From: Felis catus
Taxonomy: Eukaryota
Direction: 5' to 3'
NCBI RefSeq assembly: GCF_018350175.1
Contig: NC_058368.1
Coordinates: 68,636,001 to 68,700,000 of the forward strand
Length of the DNA: 64,000 nucleotides
Shown here: positions 1 to 10,275 of the stretch, in pieces
How the letters are laid out: every line of letters starts with the position of its first letter
Position numbering within the stretch: the first letter of the stretch is position 1
Notes under the pieces: model-generated
The model's database searches: none
What the model was told of the DNA's origin: nothing
The model's input: only the letters and a program-made list of their open reading frames with translations
Position numbers and translations under genes: made by a program

Positions 1-175
1 CAAAACATGGGGCAGGAGGAAACTTTTGGAGGTGATGGATACATTTGTGGCATTGACTGCGATGATGGCTTCACAGGTATATACTAGCCTCCAAACACCT
101 CAAATTGTATACCTTAAATATCTGCAGCTTTTTGTATATTAATCACTCAATGAAACCATTTTTACAAAACAAAAA
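1..175 (+). mobile_element. Old L1M 3' end fragment
   Basis: gaaacttttggaggtgatggatac...gatggcttcacagg...aaattgtataccttaaata, typical of an L1M 3' UTR end, followed by an A-rich tail. Confidence 0.8.
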
Positions 176-417
176 AGGTAAATGATCCCATTGGCTCATT
201 TGGGCAGGACCCCGGGGACTCTGCCTGGAGAATTTATAAATGTTTCTCAAGGCCTCTGATGGGCATTAGGTGAACCTGTTCATTTTGTAGTATTCCTTTC
301 TCTGCAACATTATCTTGTACCATGGATCTTGGACAAGCAAGCCTGACTCTTTGGTACATTTCACCAAGTGGTCAGATTTGAAAAGCTGCAAGGCTAATTA
401 GAAAACACACCTCTGAT

Positions 418-643
418 GGGGCGCCTGGGTGGCTTGGTTGGTTAAGCGTCCGACTTCGGCTCAGGTCATGATCTCACAGTCTGTGAGTTTGAGCCCCACG
501 TCGGGCTCTGTGCTGACAGCTCAGAGCCTGGAGCCTGTTTCAGATTCTGTGTCTCCCTCTCTCTCTGCTCCTCCCCTGTTCGTGCTCTGTCTCTCTCTGT
601 CTCAAGAATAAATAAACATTAAAAATTAAAAAAAAAAAAGAAA
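418..643 (+). mobile_element. Can-SINE (SINEC_Fc-type)
   Basis: ggggcgcctgggtggc head, (CT)n region, aataaa/A tail; TSD agaaaacacac(c/t)tctga at 400-416 and 644-660. Confidence 0.97.
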
Positions 644-869
644 AGAAAACACACTTCTGAGCCTCTGACATAATTTGGAGGACAGGAGAAGCCAGGTAAG
701 TTGTGGAGAATATGGTGGGGGGCCTGGCATGCTTAGGGCTGCAGAGCAGGGGGTGCCAGCTGTCTCCCAGTAATTATGCTTGATGAGAAATGCATTGTCC
801 CCTGGGGGAGATGACCCCATAATCCATTCCTATGCGACAAGAGCCACCAGTAACAAAGGCTTGTATTCA

Positions 870-1190
870 GAATGTGAGAGCTGAGAGGGAACTCAGTTTA
901 CCTCAGCCAACCCCTTATTCCAAAAATGAAGAGCACCAAGACCCAACACGACCCGGTTATTTGGTCCAGCTCACACAGCTAATTAATGGCTAATTAAGGG
1001 CACAGCTAGGTGTGGCAGCTTGGTATTCTTAAGTCAAAGAGGCCCTGATTCAAAACCTGGCTGGGGCTCTCTGCAATCAGTTTCCCTCAGTAATGTACCC
1101 AACTCTTCCCTGAGCCTCAGGTTCCTCATCTACAACAAAATAGGAGTGAGCCCCCTGCTGTTTGGGGGGTCCTGCGCAGACAACGTTCAA
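870..1190. mobile_element. Two adjacent decayed MIR fragments (- then +)
   Basis: tcacacagctaattaatggc (MIR core, minus) and ctgagcctcaggttcctcatctac (MIR core, plus). Confidence 0.6.
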
Positions 1191-1299
1191 GGACCTTTGC
1201 TCTGAGCCGGCTACGCTGGAAGAGCACTTGCTATTTTCTTGCCCCCCTGTTCTCTTATCACCAGTTTTCACCGAAGCGCCATGAAGTCAGTGGTTTCCT

Positions 1300-1620
1300 T
1301 TTCTCAGACGTGCTCTGGCTGCAGTCTGGTGTTGCATAAGCTGCTGGATCAGGACACGGGTCCCCCGGGAGCTGGCGCGATGTGACCAGACACGCTGGCG
1401 CGGGGTGGGCGTTCCGTCCAGCAGAGGGCAGCAGAGCTCGCCCGGGCGCTCCTCCCGCGGCCTCGCCGGCGAACAGGGAGCCATTGTGTTCCCCTTCGGG
1501 AAAGGCCTCGGGAGCGGTCCTTGCCGCGTGTTCTTTTCAGCGGAGGCATTTTTCCTGTCTCGTTTCAGTGAGGACACAGTGTTTTGGCAACTGATATGTG
1601 GCCGGGTTTGGTTCGGTTTT
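1300..1620. promoter_or_regulatory. Small CpG-rich patch with CTCF motif (ccagcagagggcagc at 1418-1432)
   Basis: Dense CpGs (ggcgcg, cccgggcg, ccgcgg, gccggcg) against a CpG-depleted background; close match to CTCF core CCASYAGRKGGCRS. Confidence 0.7.
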
Positions 1621-1994
1621 GTCTGGTGGGGTGATCATTACATTTATTAGACGCCTCCCCGCCCTCCCCCCCATGTGCTTCAGGCACCATGCTGGGCACC
1701 TAAGGTTCAATATCACAGTCACCACCGATTTAGAGATGACAACTGTGTTCTTCAGATAAGTTGAGTAACGGGGAACAGACAAAGGCTCTTTCTAAAGAAA
1801 GAGGGAAGCAGGAGGTACTTTATTTTACTGTGTCTGGCCAACAGAGGAGACATTTATTAAATGTTCCGTGTAAGTGAGGCATTTTTGTACATGCAGGGGA
1901 ACGGCAAACAAGGCAAGTTCTTTGTCTTGACTGTGAAGATGGTACACATTTTTTTTTTTTCTCCTCTGAGCAACTGATTTGGGAGGAGGTGGGG

Positions 1995-2103
1995 CCTGTT
2001 AGCAATGGGGATCCCAGGCCCCATCCCAGAACCAGTGAATCAGAATCCGAGGTTTCACAGACTCCCCCAGGTGAGTCTTGTGCACTTTCAAGTGTGAGAA
2101 GCA
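1995..2103. mobile_element. MER5-family (hAT-Charlie) fragment
   Basis: caggccccatcccagaaccagtgaatcagaatc...ccccaggtgagtcttgtgcactttcaagtgtgagaagca. Confidence 0.65.
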
Positions 2104-2464
2104 AGCAAAGCCCCGGGAGGAGAGCCAGTAGCTGCCTTCACATATTTGGAGGGCCAATATTTGAAAGGGAGGGTGTATTTGTTTTGCTTTGCTCTAAAAG
2201 GCAGGTTTGGGTTTAATTAATGTAAGCCGAGAGAGAAGGAGGTTTGCAAATCCTTAAAGAGCAGGGGATTTGGAGTTGGACCTTATCCCAAACCTCACTA
2301 GCTCCCAACTAGTGACCCAGGCGGGTTAAGCTGGAGAAGACCAGCTAAACGACTTCCCTCATGTCCTTGTCTATAAAAAGAGGGATATTGCTATCTAAAC
2401 AACTAAAACTGGTTGTTTTTTAATTCACTGAGATTACGACTTTGAAAATAATTTCTGGTTTTTA

Positions 2465-2642
2465 TTTTTTTTAAGGGTTTTTTTTTTTTTTTTTTTTTTG
2501 GCTAGCGGGGGGTAGAGAGAGAGGAAGAGAGAATCCCAAAGCCGACTCTGCACTGTCAGCTCAGGGCCCAGATGCCAGGCTTGAACTCACCAACCGTGAG
2601 ACCTTGACCTCAGTCAAAATCAACTGAGCCACCCAGGGGCCC
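2465..2642 (-). mobile_element. Diverged Can-SINE
   Basis: poly-T, gagagaatccc...ctgtcag...ttgaactcac...actgagccacccaggggccc (reverse SINE). Confidence 0.9.
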
Positions 2643-2813
2643 TGATTTGTGCTTTTTAAAAAAATGACACAAATGTCAGTTAGGACTACCCCCAGCTGCA
2701 GTAGCCTGAGACCGAATGCATTGTCTTGTGAGGGCACCTCCTCATGAACTGGGGGACAGGGGGAACAAATGTGTGGAAGTATTCATGGAGCTCTCAAGAA
2801 ATTCCTTCAGGAG

Positions 2814-2996
2814 GGGGCGCGCCTGGGCGACTCAGTTGGTTAAGCCTCTGACTTCAGCTCAGATCATGATCCCATGGTTTGTGGGTTCGAGCCCTGCGTT
2901 GGGCTTTGGGCTGACAGCATGTAGCCTGCCTCGGATTCTATGTCTTCCTCTCTGTGTCCCTCCCCCACTCACACTCTATCTGTCTCAAAAATAAAA
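2814..2996 (+). mobile_element. Can-SINE (SINEC_Fc-type)
   Basis: ggggcgcgcctgggcgactcagttggttaagc...tctcaaaaataaa. Confidence 0.95.
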
Positions 2997-2998
2997 GA

Positions 2999-3026
2999 CA
3001 GAAGAGAAGAGAAGAGAAGAGAAGAG

Positions 3027-3058
<32 letters not shown>

Positions 3059-3107
3059 AAAAGAAAAGAAAAGAAAAGAAAAGAAAAGAAAAGAAAAGAA
3101 AAGAAAA
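2999..3107 (+). repeat. (GAAGA)n/(GAAAA)n pentanucleotide microsatellite in SINE tail
   Basis: Directly visible. Confidence 0.97.
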
Positions 3108-4529
3108 ACTCATTATGGCCAGAGTATGTGGCACACCTGGGGAGGGGGGGGTGATCGCAAGGGGTGGAAGTGCCAGTGGCAAAATTAGGACTAGAACCCA
3201 GAAGATCCATCCTTTCATGTCAGTGTCCTCCTTTCATGTCTTTGTGTCCTGAATAAGAACGGCGCCCCCACCCCCCCCCTTCCCCACTCCTCAAACTCTT
3301 GGCTCATTAGAACTCATGTTTGGTGGCAGCTGGTTCGTTAGGAGCCTAACAACCCTTTGAGTTGAACTACATACAGGAAAAAGCAGTCTGTTTACTGTTT
3401 CTTGCTGACTCTGCATCCACACAATTAGGAGCGAGTGGAAACAACGCAGAGAGGAGCCAGCCCATGACTTGGTTGTGACCGCGGCAGCCCAAAGCTGCGC
3501 TTGTCTTGTCAGTGCTGTGTTATTACCCGGAAAGCAAGGAGACGCCTCTTCCAGGAGGCGTGCTCCAGGGCCTGGAATCCCTGGGCCTGGAGGTCCTCCC
3601 GTTGCAGGGCAGCCGAAGGCACAGTGGGGAGGAGCACCCGGCACAGGATCAGCCCTCCATGGGGGGGGGCTGGTGGAGTGATGGAGTGACAGAGTGACCG
3701 AAGAGCAGAAAACTCAGCCAGCAGCCTGTTTTCATCCATGCGTGTCTCCACCTACAACTCCAGGCGCCCGAAGCTGAGACAGGACTTCCGCTAGCTTGGA
3801 ATAGGTTGGGCCTGAGTTAGGGCTTCGATGCGACCAAGACGGTTGAGGACAGGGCATCATACAGAGACTCCGGTCTGTCTGCCTGGGAGAAGGCTCATTC
3901 GCCTGACATACCTTCCAGTGGTTGCTGGACACGCGCATCAGGCTTAACCCCACAGCGACTCTGTGTTTGAACTCTCTGGTTTTTAAGTCACCTAGTACTT
4001 CGTCTCCAGAGGAAAGCAGAGGGCAGGGGGGTCAGAGGAGCTGGGAGGCAGAGCGTCGTTGGCCTGTGAGGAGGGCAGTGGGAGCTCCGGCCACCTTTGG
4101 TTCTAGTCCTGGTCGAGACCACGTGGTCATCTATTTTGAGGCCTGTGTTTCCCACTCAGACAGTCTTTTCCTAAATCAGAGCAAGGCTTCCGCCCTCCGT
4201 TTTCCCTCCACGCCCCTTTCCAGCCCTCCCCTCTCCTCCAGCCCCTCTGCATTGAGTCTCTGTAATGTCCAGGGATTCCTCCAGACGCTGTGTTCCAGGA
4301 ACAGGCAACCTGCGGTCCTTTCAGGGAACGCCAGAATTCAGCACTGTCTGCCTGTCACCGTTTTTTGCCCTAAATAAATACATTCAAATGTATTTTTCTC
4401 CTTTCCATTGAGTTTCTACCTGAAAAACAGATGTCCATCTCTTTTCACGTTGTTGACACTTTCATGCGGTTTTTAAATTTTTTCCTCTCTCTCAGATTTT
4501 CTCATTCCTTTTTTTTTTCTTTTTTTAAG

Positions 4530-4690
4530 CATGGTGTGATAAAGAGTGTGGAATTTGGAATCAGGATGTCTTCGTGTTAGTTCCAGCCTTGCCCCTGCCT
4601 AACTGGCCGCCCCTGAGGATGCCACTCACCCTCCGTGAGCCTCAGTTTCCCCATCAGCGAGCAGGGACCCTGCCAAACTCCCACGAGCTT
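4530..4690 (+). mobile_element. MIR fragment
   Basis: tttggaatcagga...ttccagcctt...gagcctcagtttccccatc. Confidence 0.65.
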
Positions 4691-5554
4691 AATCTCATTC
4701 CTTTACTGTGTCATTCCATTCGCTTTCTCTAATGTTCCTCTCTTTTCGCTCCTCAAAACTGGCATTTGAGAAACTGTTGCTGTTAAAATGAGTACTTGCC
4801 TTTTAAAAATCTTCAAGTTGCTAAGCAGCATCCCCCCCCCACCCCCTCCCTTTTATGCAGCCTGGTTGCCATAGTATCATCTGAGCATGGTAACAAGAAG
4901 CAAAGAGCAATCATTTTTTTTGCTAAATAGGGTTGGGCAGACAGATAAACACGCTGAAATGTTTCCTTACAACCCATCTGGAAAAAGTGGGGAAACTGCT
5001 TCGTAGTAAACCACTCGGATTCTTCGATCAGCTACTACCTGGATTTCCTGTTCACTTACAGCTCACTTGCACACCTGTAAGTCCTGGGATGTCACACCAT
5101 CCCTGGCACCGTGCTTCCTACAGAAGCTTTTGAAGGGATGTTGCTGCTACTCCCTTATTTGTAGCTATTTAGGGCTAAGTGCAGACTCAGATCCCTCTCA
5201 GATGGTTGCTAAATATAGAACATGGAGCGTGAATCCGTTTTGCGACTTAAAGGTACTAGTGCCTTCACAGGTTTGGAGAAGATAAATAAACGTCATCAAA
5301 GTGACATCAAAGGGTGCTCTTAAAAAATAGAAAAGATTCGCAAAGATAGGAAAATAAAGGAACGGCTTGAAATTTAACAGGTGCTTAAGAACTATATAAT
5401 CCTGGACTCCTGTTCTTCAGGCCGAAACTCACAAGGTCAGGCACTTGATTACCAATGATACAAACTGAAACACGGCCAAAAGTGACTTTTCTTCCCCTTT
5501 GGCCCATGAAGTTCTGGATGGTCAAGTTTCCATACCTAGGATGCACGGGGACAG

Positions 5555-5805
5555 CTTGATTGGTTGTTAAGACATTGCAATGTTTCCATAGTGGTTGGTG
5601 TACCCACCCCCCCCGCCAGCTCCCAGAGCGTCCCGCTTCCCAGTCACCCATGCTCCAGCTTGGGGCCGATCTCTCACGATCCAGCATCTAAGGAGTTAAG
5701 GCTGGCATGCAGGGGGTCTCCAGGAACCTCGCATTGATGCCAGCACCTGTTCTGATTGGTCAGTGTCCACATTACACTAGTTAACTATTTTGAATAGCAG
5801 CTCTT
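5555..5805 (-). mobile_element. Old hAT DNA transposon remnant (Arthur1-like)
   Basis: gttctgattggtcagtg...tagttaactattttgaatagcagc resembles a recalled Arthur1 terminus in reverse. Confidence 0.45.
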
Positions 5806-5984
5806 AAAGCTGTCCTCACATACTTCAAATCTTTTTTCTAAATAATAAAGTCAATGTTTTCTTGAGAAAGCAAACTATACTGCTGGAGAGTAAGCCATCA
5901 GGGAAATTGCCGCCCTCTAGGAAAAACGTGCCTGCACTCAGCCTTCTTTGGGACGACATTGCCTTTGAACTTGCTTCTCAGAGA

Positions 5985-6095
5985 GGGGTCCCTGGCTGGC
6001 TCAGTCAGTGGAACATTTGACTCACTCTCGGGGCTTTGAGTTCAAGCCCCGTGTGGGTTGTAGAGCCTCCTTTAAAAAGATGAAAAAAAACATCT
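5985..6095 (+). mobile_element. Short Can-SINE (lacks CT stretch)
   Basis: ggggtccctggctggctcagtcagtggaac...gagttcaagcccc...tagagc + A tail. Confidence 0.85.
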
Positions 6096-6101
6096 TTAAA
6101 A

Positions 6102-6310
6102 GGGGCACATCAGTGGCTCAGTTGGTCAAGTGTCCGACTCCCGATTTTGGCCCAGGTCATGGTCATGATCTCAGGGTCAAGAAATCAAGCCTTTCATCGG
6201 ACTCTGCGCGAAGCATGGACCCCGCTTGGGTTTCTCTCTCCGCTCCTCCCCTGCTCTCTCTCCTCTCCCTCTCCCAAAATAAATAAACTTTAAAAAAATT
6301 TTTTAAAGAA
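6102..6310 (+). mobile_element. Can-SINE directly following the short SINE
   Basis: ggggcacatcagtggctcagttgg...ctctccctctcccaaaataaataaac. Confidence 0.92.
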
Positions 6311-7286
6311 ATTAATGAGCTTGGGTCTCAGGATTGAGATGAACAAGCACCGTTGCCTGTGGTCTCACGCTTGGCTGCCCAGTGACTGCGACTCCAGTTG
6401 CCAGGCAGCTGGTGAAAATACAAGGACACCGCGTGGCCCCATAGTGCTGTTGTTCGCTGCCTGAGCCGGCCCTCCCTCTTAAACACATATGGCTCGGTAA
6501 GATTTAGAGAGGCATGTCAGGCAAAGGCAGGCTTGTCCCAGACCCATTCAAAGAGATCAACTTCTTCCTCAAAACGGAACGAAACTTCCTTCCACTAGGC
6601 TGCCAGAGCCTCTCATTCTGTGTGTGACAGCTTCAACTTTTCCTGCGTTTTGCTGGAAGCCATTTCAGGGTTAATGACACATCTTGCTAAAGAGGCTCAG
6701 GACCCAGGAAGGGAGCAGAAGAGATTTTCCAATCTTTGCTTCAGTCAGGAGGGAGCCACAGACATCCCAGATGGATGATGTCCATCTGGAGCCTCTCAGA
6801 AAGAGCTTCTGTGACGTCACTCACTCACTTAACCCAGGGCTTGCTGACCCCTGGTCTAGGAGAGTTCTGTGTGATACCTAAGGAATGTGTTGTTGGCGCC
6901 CATTTTTCTTTTGTTTGGACTCCAACAGAAGCAGAAGTTAGCTGTCAGAATGACCTGGATACTGGTCCTTCTGAGTCCCAACCTTCTTGGCTCTCCCAAC
7001 TCCTTCCTTTATGTGGAGTCTTTGGTCGAGTGAGAAAGGTTTCTCGCTCCTTGTCGGAGCAGCGCCTGCCACATGGGCCTCTCCATGTCAATTCTCAGAT
7101 CCCTGGTCTATGGCTGTGTGTCCGACTACCTAGTGAACGTGTGTTTTCCAAGAAGAACTCCTTCCCCTCTTTCTGGATTCTACAAACTTCCACACGTCCC
7201 TAACTTGACCACAGCCAGAGGCGATTGGTCAGAGTTTCACAGGGCTTTGGCAGTTTTCCTGGCTAAATTGTCTTTGGATGAAGTTC

Positions 7287-7500
7287 CAGTGGTATGCTGG
7301 CAAGTGTTTATAACCAGCTGTCTGAGAGGGAAAAAAAGAAAAAGCCCTGATTCGTGTGGCATTTGCCAGTTTCTGTGGTGTAAATACTCCCACCGTGGCC
7401 AGTTTCGAGCTGCTAACGTGAAGCCCCTGAACTCAGAGTTAGGGAAAGACATGCCCCCTTTTTCCTTGGAAGCCAGCACCTACAGGCTGGCTGTAGCACG
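7287..7500 (+). mobile_element. MER63-like hAT MITE
   Basis: cagtggtatgctggcaagtgttta...aaagccctgatt...ggtgtaaatactcccaccgtggcc, matching recalled MER63A consensus. Confidence 0.75.
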
Positions 7501-8540
7501 TCAAGGAAGCCATCCCCTTTTCAGGGCAGTGTGGCCACTGTTCTCTCTTCGTGTCCCATTCTGTGTCTTGTTTCCATCGAACATCTAATTCTGTCCGACA
7601 TACCGATCCTTTAAGCTAGTGGTTTCCAAACTGTTTTCTGGCCAAGTGAATTTGTGTTTGTATACATAAATAAAGTACATAAAAGCAACACTAGCCTGAA
7701 GGCATTTGGGAAGGGTTTTAGGCCCCATACTACCCTATAGCTACAGGGACCACTCCTTTTAGCGTTTTTGATGATTTGAAACAATCAGAATTATATGGAA
7801 ACTATTACATAGTTCTTGACATATGACTGTTTTCTTGAACTCTTTGGACTAGGTTGAAATGAGCAGTGTTTTTGGTCCACTTGGAACCACTTATAAAGCC
7901 CATAGCTTTTGGCTAGGAGGGGCTCTCAGGAGCCATATTAATCAACACACCGACAATGACCTCATAAGAGCTGTAGGACAGGCCGTTGCAGTGGGAGCCC
8001 CTGCTCTACCAGAATGCCTAATTTAAGTGTTTGTCTGCAGCTCTGAATGTTCTCTGGCTTCAGCTGTCTACCCAAAACTTAGAGCTCTGAGCCACACCAC
8101 TTTACTGGCTTGCGGGTTTTTGGTCGTGCTTTTTTCTCAGTCAGTACCTTCTCTGTCTCTCCAGGTTTTCTCGCAATATTATTTCATGTAATTTAGATAG
8201 CCCTAAAAGATTCTTGGATATATTTCCCTTTCAACAGAGTGCTTTCATTTTTATTAACCTGTTGTACAATGTAAATCACAATTTCATGGAGATGTACCAT
8301 CCAATCTTAATGGACTCATGATTCTATTTGATGAACTCTTTTTGTTTTGATGGGAGAAATAGGTTTGGAATTGCCTGAGATTTCAGGAATAAAGTTATTA
8401 ATAAGGAAATACCAATTCTAAATCAGAAAAGGAGTCTGTGAAGACAGAAGAAAAGATAATCGCAGGAAGGTCCTGTTCTCTCTGTCTGCAAACCCTACAT
8501 GTCTGACTATCCCTGCATTGTGTGGGATTGAAACGTTCTT

Positions 8541-8751
8541 TTTTTTTTTTATGTTTATTTATTTTTGAGATAGAGACAGAGTGTGAGCAGGGAAGGGGTA
8601 GAGAGAGACAGAGACAGAATCTAAAGCAGGCTCTAGGCTCTGAGCTGTCAGCAGCTGTCTGAGTGCGACCTGGGGCTTGAACTCACAAACTGTGAGATCA
8701 TGACCTGAGCTAAGGTCGGACGCTTAACCGACTGAGCCTCCCAAGCGCCCC
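8541..8751 (-). mobile_element. Can-SINE (SINEC_Fc-type)
   Basis: Reverse SINE ending ccaagcgcccc; degenerate TSD tgaaacgttctt / taaaatgttctt. Confidence 0.95.
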
Positions 8752-9799
8752 TAAAATGTTCTTCTAGCTCCACTTCCTCCTGGTCTTATTCTTATATCTG
8801 AGAGCAGTGGCGAATTGTAAGTGTGACACAGAAATGCCGTGGACCGTCTTCAGGCTAAGTGTTGGATGGAAATGGCAACCGACCCCCCCCACCCCACACA
8901 CACACACTGCAGGAGGCTTGCAAGTACAAAAGCTGAAGTGTTTAACTTAAAGCCGACAATGCAAAGTACTGATCGTTGGACTGTAGACATCAAACTTGGT
9001 GAGGGAGTAGGACTAGGGGACATCCAATGTCACATGTGTAGGTTATTTTTACTTACATCTGCATATAAGACTTATCTTTTTGGTCCACAGGAGTGGGGAA
9101 GACCAGCCCAACACACATCCTCATTTTCAGTGAATTACTGTGCCTTTCATGTAATCCTAATGTGCTTCCCCCTGAACAGACCCAAAACAGAATGACTCAG
9201 ACCCAACTTCTAGTCTGTGTTCAAGTAGTATCTCAATTAGTAGTACCATTCACAAGGTTACCCAGATCACAAACCAAGGAGTCTGTTTGGCTTCTTTACC
9301 CTCCCCACTATCCACTGGGTTATCAACTTCCTTTTCAATGGCTCAGATTTCTACCTTTTTCCTTCTAGTTCCAACATCACTGCCCTATTTCAGACTATTC
9401 AATTTTTTTCCTGCTCTGGAGTAATTTTTTTTATTCATAAAACCCTTTCAGTAACTATCAGTTGAATGTCTGGGTTGCCATAGAGTCTTCCTCCTGACTT
9501 GCCTGCCCTCAGTCAGCTGTGTTTTCTGTCCCCCTTTATGCTCCACACTCCAGTGAGAGTTCTAAATCAGAGCATGTCCTGTGTCACTCCTGGAGGTCAT
9601 CACCTTGCACCTGCCGTGTTCCCCCCTATGGCCTGTCTCTCCCTATGTGGTCCCACACACTCTTCAAGCCATCCTTCCATTTGGTTGTGACTATGGAGTC
9701 TACTGGACTTTGCTTCCTAGCATCAATCCCACCCAGACTCAGCCTTACCAACTCATTTCAGGAAATCACTTCAGGATCACATCTCCACGAGCAAATGGG

Positions 9800-10275
9800 A
9801 TATTATCAGTGCTTCTCGTGTAGTCCTTGTGCCAGATCACCTCTTCCCCCTTCTGTGTTCGCCCAGAATCACGTGGGCTGTAAAATGTGGAAACTCCATT
9901 TCCCAGAAGCTTTTCCAGAGGTTTCCTGCTTAGATTGTGCCAAAGAGAAAATATCAAGGAAGATTTGAAAGTAGAAGAGAAGTTGACGTCAACATTGTTT
10001 CTGTAGCAGCAACAGGCAGTTTTGGAGGCTTTGCCTGTGGCTTCCAGAAGGCCTTCTGTGGCCACCTGTAGTGCTGTTGCAGGCATCTGAAATCACTGAC
10101 CAGAGTTACCTGTAATTCCTGAATGTTCTTTTCCCCTAAATTCTAAAAGCAGTGTTCACTGACCTTTGTTACCCTTTTCTCCCAAGGGTTTTGCAAGCCC
10201 TTAACTCCCTGCGTAAAGTCTTTTCTTCTGGGAATACCTGGAGTAGTTTCCATTTTCCTGAACAAGCCTTTACTA
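9800..10275 (+). mobile_element. ERVL LTR (LTR33-like)
   Basis: aaactccatttcccaga... and 3' end actccctgcgtaaagtc...aatacctggagtagtttccattttcctga. Confidence 0.6.

Noticed and set aside
692..701. Perfect plus-strand donor CAG|gtaagt
   Set aside because: No acceptor or exon context upstream other than a SINE tail; isolated matches are expected by chance
2938..3218. K/R/E-rich and F/S/L-rich ORFs (also at about 19900-20280, 41970-42200 and 56000-57700)
   Set aside because: Translations of microsatellites
5985..6070. tRNA gene
   Set aside because: A/B-box-like sequence belongs to a tRNA-derived SINE with an A tail; no intact cloverleaf
6736..7588. Overlapping 155-aa and 171-aa ORFs
   Set aside because: Non-ATG starts, run through a MER63-like element, no recognisable protein
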